Assembly (NCBI RefSeq): GCF_009914755.1
Contig: NC_060925.1
Strand: one strand, 5' to 3'
DNA length: 64,000 bases
Source of the DNA: the human T2T-CHM13v2.0 reference genome, Homo sapiens
Below are positions 59,300 through 64,000 of this stretch, piece by piece. The first letter of the stretch is position 1; every line of letters begins with the position of its first letter. The position numbers were made by a program, and so were the translations under genes. The notes beneath the pieces were generated by a model. That model did not search any database. It saw only the letters and a list, made by a program, of their open reading frames with translations, and was not told the DNA's origin.

Positions 59300-60989
59300 A
59301 AAAAATATATACTTTAAGTTCTGGGATACATGTGCAGAACTTGCAGGTTTGTTACATAGGTATACATGTGCCATGGTGGTTTGCTGAATCCATCAACCCA
59401 TCATCTAGGTTTTAAGCCCCGCATGCATTAGGTATGTGTCCTAATGCTCTCCCTCTGCTTGCCCCCAACTCCCAACAGGACCCAGTGTGTGATATTCCCC
59501 TCCCTGTGTCCCTGTGTTCTCATTGTTCAACTCCCACTTATGAGTGAGAACATGCAGTGTTTGGTTTTCTGTTCCTGTGTTAGTTTGCTGAGAATGATGG
59601 TTTCCAGCGTCATTCATATCCCTGCAAAGGATATGAACTCATTCTTTTTTATGGCTGCATAGTATTCGATGGTGTATATGTGCTACATTTTCTTTATCCA
59701 TTCTATCATTGATGGGCATTTGGGTTTGTTCCAAGTCTTTGCTATTGTGAATAGTGCTGCAATAAACATACATGTGCATATATCTTTATAGTAGAATGAT
59801 TTATGATCCATTGGGTATATACCCAGTAATGCAATTGCTGGGTCAAATGGTATTTCTGGTTCTAGATCCTTGAGGAATCACCACATTGTCTTCCATAATT
59901 GTTGAACTAATTTACACTCCCACCAACAGTGTAAAAGCGGTCCTATTTCTCCACATCCTCTCCAGCATCTGTTGTTTCCTGACTTTTTAATGATCTCCAT
60001 TCCTGCTGGTGTGAGATGATATCTCATTGTGGTTTTTTTCCTCATGACCAGTGATGATGAGTTTTTTTTCATGTTTATTGGCCACATAAATGTCTTCTTT
60101 GAGAAGTGTCTGTTCATGTCCTTCGCCCACTTTTTGATGGGGTTGTTTGTTTTTTTTTTGTAAATTTGTTTGAGTTCCTTGTAGATTCTGGATATTAGAT
60201 CTTTGTCAGATGGATAGATTGCAAAATTTTTCTCCCATTCTGTGGGTTCCCTGTTTACTGTGATGATAGTTTCTTTTGCTGTGCAGAACCTCTTTAGTTT
60301 AATTAGATCCTATTTGTCTCTTTTGTCTTTTGTTGCCATTGCTTTTGGTGTTTTAGTCATGAAGTCTTTGCCCATGCCTATGTCCTGATGGTGTTGTCTA
60401 GGTTTTCTTCTAGGGTTTTTATGGTTTTAAGTCTTATGTTTAAGTCTTTAATCCATCTTAAGTTAATTTTTGTATAAGGTGTAAGGAAGGGGTCCAGTTT
60501 CAGTTTTCTGCATATGGCTACCAGTTTTCCCAACACCATGTATTAAATAGGGAATCCTTTCCCAATTGCTTCTTTTTGTCAGGTTTATCAAAGATCAGAT
60601 TGTTGTATATGTGTGGCATTATTTCTGAGGCTTCTGTTCTGTTCCATTGGTTTATATATCTGTTTTGGTACCAGTAACAAAATGCTGCTTTTGTTACTGT
60701 AGAGTTGTGGTATAGTTTGAAGTCAGGTAGCATGATGCCTCCAGTTTTGTTCTTTTTGCTTAGGATTGTCTTGGCTATATGGGCTCTTTTTTGGTTCCAT
60801 ATGAAATTTAAAGTATTTTTTTCTAGTTCTGTGGAGAAAGTCACTGGTAGCTTGATTGGAATAGCATTGAATCTATAAATTACTTTGGGCAGTATGGCAA
60901 TTTTCTTGATATTGATTCTTCGTATCCATGAGCATGGAATTTTTTTCCACTTGTTTGTGTCCTCTCTTATTTCCTTGAGCAGTGGTTAG
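59300..60989 (-). mobile_element. 5'-truncated L1PA7-like LINE-1
   Basis: Antisense 3' UTR and ORF2 C-terminal remnant (ORF 60518-60844); TSD tacaaa[g/t]actttt 59287-99 / 60990-61002. Confidence 0.93.
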
Positions 60990-61073
60990 TACAAATACTT
61001 TTCAAAAAATATTTTTGATTTGTGTTTGGTTGAATCCATGGAGGTGGAACCCATGGATATGCAGGGCTGAATG
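60990..61073 (+). mobile_element. MER2, piece 3 (3' TIR)
   Basis: 'aatatttttgat...ttggttgaatccatggaggtggaacccatggatatgcagggctga'. Confidence 0.85.
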
Positions 61074-61109
61074 TTAATGATAGTAGTAGAAATATTATAC
61101 CATTAACAT

Positions 61110-61325
61110 CAGCAATAATTGTTAATATTTATTATTTGTGCTTAGCACTTTGTTATCTCTTATAATGCAATAACTTTATGAGGTATTTATTATACTTGTC
61201 CTCACTTTACAAATGAGCAACTGAGATGCATAAATATCAGGTATTCTGTGCAATGTTATACCATCAGTAAATAGTAGCTCTAGGACTCACCCCTGGTTGC
61301 TCCAGAATGCATGCTCTTAATACTG
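61110..61325 (-). mobile_element. MIR
   Basis: 'aactttatgaggta...tcctcactttacaaatgagcaactgagatgca...cagtaaatagtag...ctccagaatgcatgctcttaa'. Confidence 0.75.
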
Positions 61326-62859
61326 ATAGTGTCCTCTCTTCAGTGAAGGATGACAGGAGGTAAGAAGGTCAATCATGGGCTTACTGCCAAAAATCTTTTC
61401 CTTTAGAATTATAGAAATTCAGTTTGGGGAAATTGCTTAGCTATCTCTTCAGGTATACATCTTAAATTGATGCAGAAAATATATGAACAAGCTATTTATG
61501 AAAATAATTCAATCATATTAGACTGCAGCTCCAGGGATAAGTCATTGGAGGAGTTCATATCTGCCTGTAACAATGGGGGCATTGTGTTAACAAATGAAAA
61601 ATGTTGACATACAGATTTCTTTATCCCACGGATGAGCAAACTGACAAAGCTGGACATTCGTCTTGTTATTTGTAATCATTCTCCGATTTTCTGTTTCTTT
61701 GATAATTGGCATGCTTATGGACATCTGGGACTTTGTCTGTTGGTCTTGGGAGGCTTCATGGCCTGTTATGCCAAGTCTGCAGAGCAGCCATCTGAAGATA
61801 TCTCAACAGGTATTCATTACACTTACTTATGAGGTCCTGTCTCAAATCCTCTCACTGTGTAGATGTTGGTGGGGGATAGATTGTCATGTGGCCAGTACTG
61901 AAAGAATGTAAGAACGTATTTACCCCCAGTGATATGAGGCACATTAGAATCTCTGTTTTTATATTACAATAACTCACAAGCTTTGCAACAAAACAGTTGA
62001 GGGTTAAATAAAAGTTGCAATTTTGAAATGTTATTAAATGATATATAAAATTTATGATGAATACTTTCAAATAATACAGTAGCAGCCAAAGAAATTGAAT
62101 GAGGGTAAAAATTTACATTATTTTTCCTCTCTGAAAAGAGTTCCCACATACCCTTCAATACAAATTTAAAACAAACAGCAATTACAGTTTATTTTTCAAC
62201 TCACAGTAGGGGCTGTTTAGATTTTGGGTCTTTTTGAGCTTGTTAAATTCCTTTGTTCTGCTTTGAGAATCAGCAGGATACAATTGTAAGTGTCCGATGT
62301 AGGAACTTTGTCTTATTACCTAACCTTCAGTGGCTTAAAACTGTTTCCATATGAGTAAAAGAAGTAGTAGGTTTCATCCTAAATGGCATGTTATAATTTT
62401 GCCATGTGTTTATGTGGTGCTATGAAGCCACTGGGGTTCATGTCTATATAACCCTGGCAGTTATAGTTTTAAATGCCATAGAATAAACTCTAAGAGAAAT
62501 TTCTCAATCTTTCTGATTTGCTTTTAACAGTTGAGTTAATTCTATGAGTATTTAGCCAGCCGGTACAAACTGTTGTAAAGGATGTTTACCAGACTGATCA
62601 ATCACATCTACTTGGTCACAGTTTATTAACATCTAAACAGACTCAGTGTGGGAGAGGGTGAGAGGGAAGAATTCATCCTCCTTCATTGTGCCTATAGGAA
62701 AGATTTAAAGTTGTTTATTTTATTTCAAACAACGTATTGACAGTAAGACTGTTCATTATTGCTCAATGCAATTAGACTAGGAGTAGTCTAATTCATTGAA
62801 AATAATATTATGACTACATTTTAATATTATTATTCATTAAGAGCCCAAAATTAAGAAAC

Positions 62860-63700
<841 letters not shown>

Positions 63701-64000
63701 TTTTTCTTTAATATATAGATTCCCCAGCCTTCTCCAATAAATTAATCAATGTCATAAATCCCATAGAATCGAGGATATTGATCTCTAAAGTCTAACCTAT
63801 TTTGTTGTATTTTAATCATCCAATGCCTTCCCTGTCCAAAAGTGGGTAATGGCTAATCACCAACCTCTACCTACAGTTTTCTCTCATAAATTTTTTGAAG
63901 GTTTTTTTTTTTTTTCACTAAGAACAATTTTCCCCCAAGGGCATTATGATCAAATTCCAAACTAATTTATCACTAATTGTGCTTACACAGATATGATTTA

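Overview
Repeat-rich primate genomic DNA, most likely human or great ape (AluJ/S/Y, L1PA/L1PB, MER85). It looks intergenic or deep-intronic. I can support no host protein-coding gene: all long ORFs come from LINE-1 or Alu. Most of the window is transposon-derived: 15 Alus plus one Alu fragment, many L1s, MaLR/ERV solo LTRs, Tigger/MER/piggyBac DNA elements, L2 and MIR. The main structure is a nested stack at 47-61 kb, where a small MER2 is split into three pieces. One insertion is a near full-length L1PB1, which itself carries a full-length antisense L1PA3/4 with a short 3' transduction; the other is a truncated L1PA7-like element. Other notable items are a perfect 22-bp-arm pre-miRNA-like hairpin (8210-8271), a MER85 with an intact CSB-PGBD3-binding palindrome, a compact CCAAT/2x TACGTG/TATA/AP-1 promoter-like cluster (32281-32373), a possible ultra-short retro-insertion, and several candidate non-coding exons. 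Subfamily names come from remembered consensus sequences and need RepeatMasker/Dfam confirmation; boundaries of old elements are approximate. I found no convincing wholly new biological system.
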